NCBI RefSeq assembly: GCF_963921235.1
Contig: NC_086108.1
Location: forward strand, 34,226,001 to 34,290,000
Length of the DNA stretch: 64,000 bases
Direction of reading: 5' to 3'
Origin: Mobula hypostoma
Lineage: Eukaryota
Made by a program: the position numbers and the translations under genes. Under the pieces are notes generated by a model. That model was not told where the DNA came from. It was given only the letters and a program-made list of their open reading frames with translations, and ran no database searches. Shown one piece after another: positions 61,942 to 64,000 of the stretch; within the stretch, counting starts at the first letter, position 1, and each line of letters begins with the position of its first letter.

Positions 61942-63682
61942 CGTTAGGCTTCTTCACTGAAGGGTGCCATTGCAGTAAAGGAGTTGAAGCGCACACTAGC
62001 ATTGATTCCCTGTGGGTCTGGTTAACAATTATGTTACTAGCTCAAGTGATTCTGAAGGCTGCATGCCATTTTGCTGGACAGCATTCTAACTAACAACTTC
62101 TCTTTGAAGTAACTGGGTAATGAAGTGTAAGCCAATTGTGCTGAGGTATTTATAAGCTGCTTAAAAATGTTTCAAATACAACTACTTTCCATGTTCACTT
62201 ACTGCTGGAAATGTACTATGGCTTTTGAAAACCTTCAGAGAACTCTCAGAACATAACATCCCCAAAACTTTGCAATAATCATATTGGAAATTCCAAAAAG
62301 ATGTCAGTCAGGGAGGATGCTATGCTACATTATAATAGAGGGTGATGATATTGGGTTCACCATCCGGAAGCCCTAAACTCAAAAGGAGATTTTAAGCCCT
62401 ATCCAATATAGCCATCTATGGGTACCCTCACTATAACGAGTTTATGCTGTGTCCAGCTAGTCAACAAAGACTAGCTTACTTCCCTGTCCAGTCTTTAGCT
62501 GCCAATACCCACTACTTGAGTGATGGGTCCCTCCTCTCTACCAAGAAGGAAATATTTCCAGTTAATGAAGTAGTTTAAATGTTGATTAGTTTATTCTTAA
62601 TTATACATGTTTTAATTTCGACAAATAGTTCTTAACATACATTTAAAACTCACAGAGTGTTTCTCATTGATAAAGTATTTCTGAATTACATAAGATTTAT
62701 AATTTCTAAACACAGGTACAATTCTTACAAACTAAAAGAATGTACCAGCGATTTGAGCCAAACAAATCATCCGTCCCAGAAACGAAAGGTTGAGAAATGT
62801 ATTCTAGTTCTTCTCTCTGTTCCCCCGACCTTCTGCCATTCTCCTTGTCATTCCTAACAATCTCCAGTTCTTGCTATTACCGTTTTTCTATAGGTTGATA
62901 TTATTTGCATGTGACGTTTTTCGGGTACCTTTGCTGGGACAAAGTAATTCACGCAGATGGTCTATAAAGTTTCTGCGGCTAGAGATCCCAAACACACAAA
63001 ATAAATTAATGCTGTGAGGGCTGACTCTCTGAATACACAAATATCCCAACTATTGATTGATCATACCAGAGATCATGTTTGTACAAAGTGACAACATCAG
63101 TCTGGTTTGCAAGCATCCTTGAATTAAATAACTTAGCCAGCATTGGCTGGTTCGATGCTGGCCAATTAACATTACCCCACTGTCTTACGTTGATTAAACA
63201 TAGGCCTACTATACTTCATTGCTTACTTGTTTTCAACAAGCAAGGAATATTGGTGAGGTTTAACTTTGTTACAAACAACTCTGATTATTGGAAAGTTAAT
63301 GCTGCTGTACTAGAAAGCTGAATTCTGCAATAAGCCTCTTGGGCTCTGGAGATATCCAACCCAGCAGAAATAGAATCTTTGCAATGGGAGTTTGCCCTTC
63401 ATCCACAAAAAGAATGGGAGAAAAACATGAGGGTGAGTAAACCACAGTCAATGTCTCAGGAAAAAGGGGGAAGAATGACAAGAGTGCAAAATGAGCTCCT
63501 CTAAACTCCAGAAAAAAAATCATTCCTTATCCTCTGGACCTGCAGTCTGAAGACATGGTGTCCCAGCTCTATCCTCCCTGGTGCAGCAGTTTGTCTCCAA
63601 GCACTCACCCCATTTTCATCAGAAGTGGGAGTGAGGAGGCTGCACACAAATTGCACGCACACATCATTTGAAATCTACACCT

Positions 63683-63712
63683 AAACAACAGGAATTCTGC
63701 AGATGCTGGAAA
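63683..63712 (-). mobile_element. 30-bp Penelope terminus insertion with 15-bp TSD
   Basis: Insert aaacaacaggaattctgcagatgctggaaa is nearly the reverse complement of 18609-18638. Flanked by TTGAAATCTACACCT at 63668-63682 and 63713-63727. Confidence 0.85.
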
Positions 63713-64000
63713 TTGAAATCTACACCTTCTTGTTTTAGTGCAATAAAATCAGAAAATGTTGGGAATTTTTGGCAGGTAGGGCACATTCTGTAGAAAGAAA
63801 AGCAAAGTTAATGCCTATTGCTGAAAATCATTCTTTGGAATTAGGAAAATAACAAAACAATTTAAGTTGCAGGGAGAGTGATAGCTGGATAGTTAAGAGA
63901 GAGAATATTGGTGATAGGGTGAAGCAATTTTTTACAGAGCTGTTTGGTTAAAAGATTAATGAGGGCAGTTGGAGAGAGAGTCAATGAAAATACTTTTCAA

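Overview
Vertebrate, repeat-dominated intronic or intergenic DNA. The repeat mix (CR1 LINEs with an SGNH-esterase ORF1, Neptune-type Penelope elements, Rex1/Babar, HE1-like V-SINEs, hAT/Tc1 MITEs) suggests a cartilaginous fish, probably a ray; this is inference. No intact host protein-coding gene could be recognised, and the long ORFs are transposon-derived or by-products of repeats. Best-supported structures: (1) two opposite-orientation solo LTRs of one family (TGTCAT...ATGACA, 5-bp TSDs), one holding a 5'-truncated Nimb/I-type LINE just downstream of its TATA-like box and the other a ~2.5-kb 33-bp minisatellite with a higher-order duplication; (2) a Penelope copy with an uninterrupted RT + GIY-YIG frame, plus many tail fragments bearing minimal hammerhead-ribozyme motifs, some as fold-back micro-elements; (3) two copies of a non-autonomous hAT element that carries a captured CR1 3' end; (4) deeply nested insertions. 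A few unique, CpG-retaining islands have splice signals that may be alternative first exons or micro-exons of an unidentified, probably minus-strand gene; these are low confidence. I cannot establish a wholly new biological system from the sequence alone.
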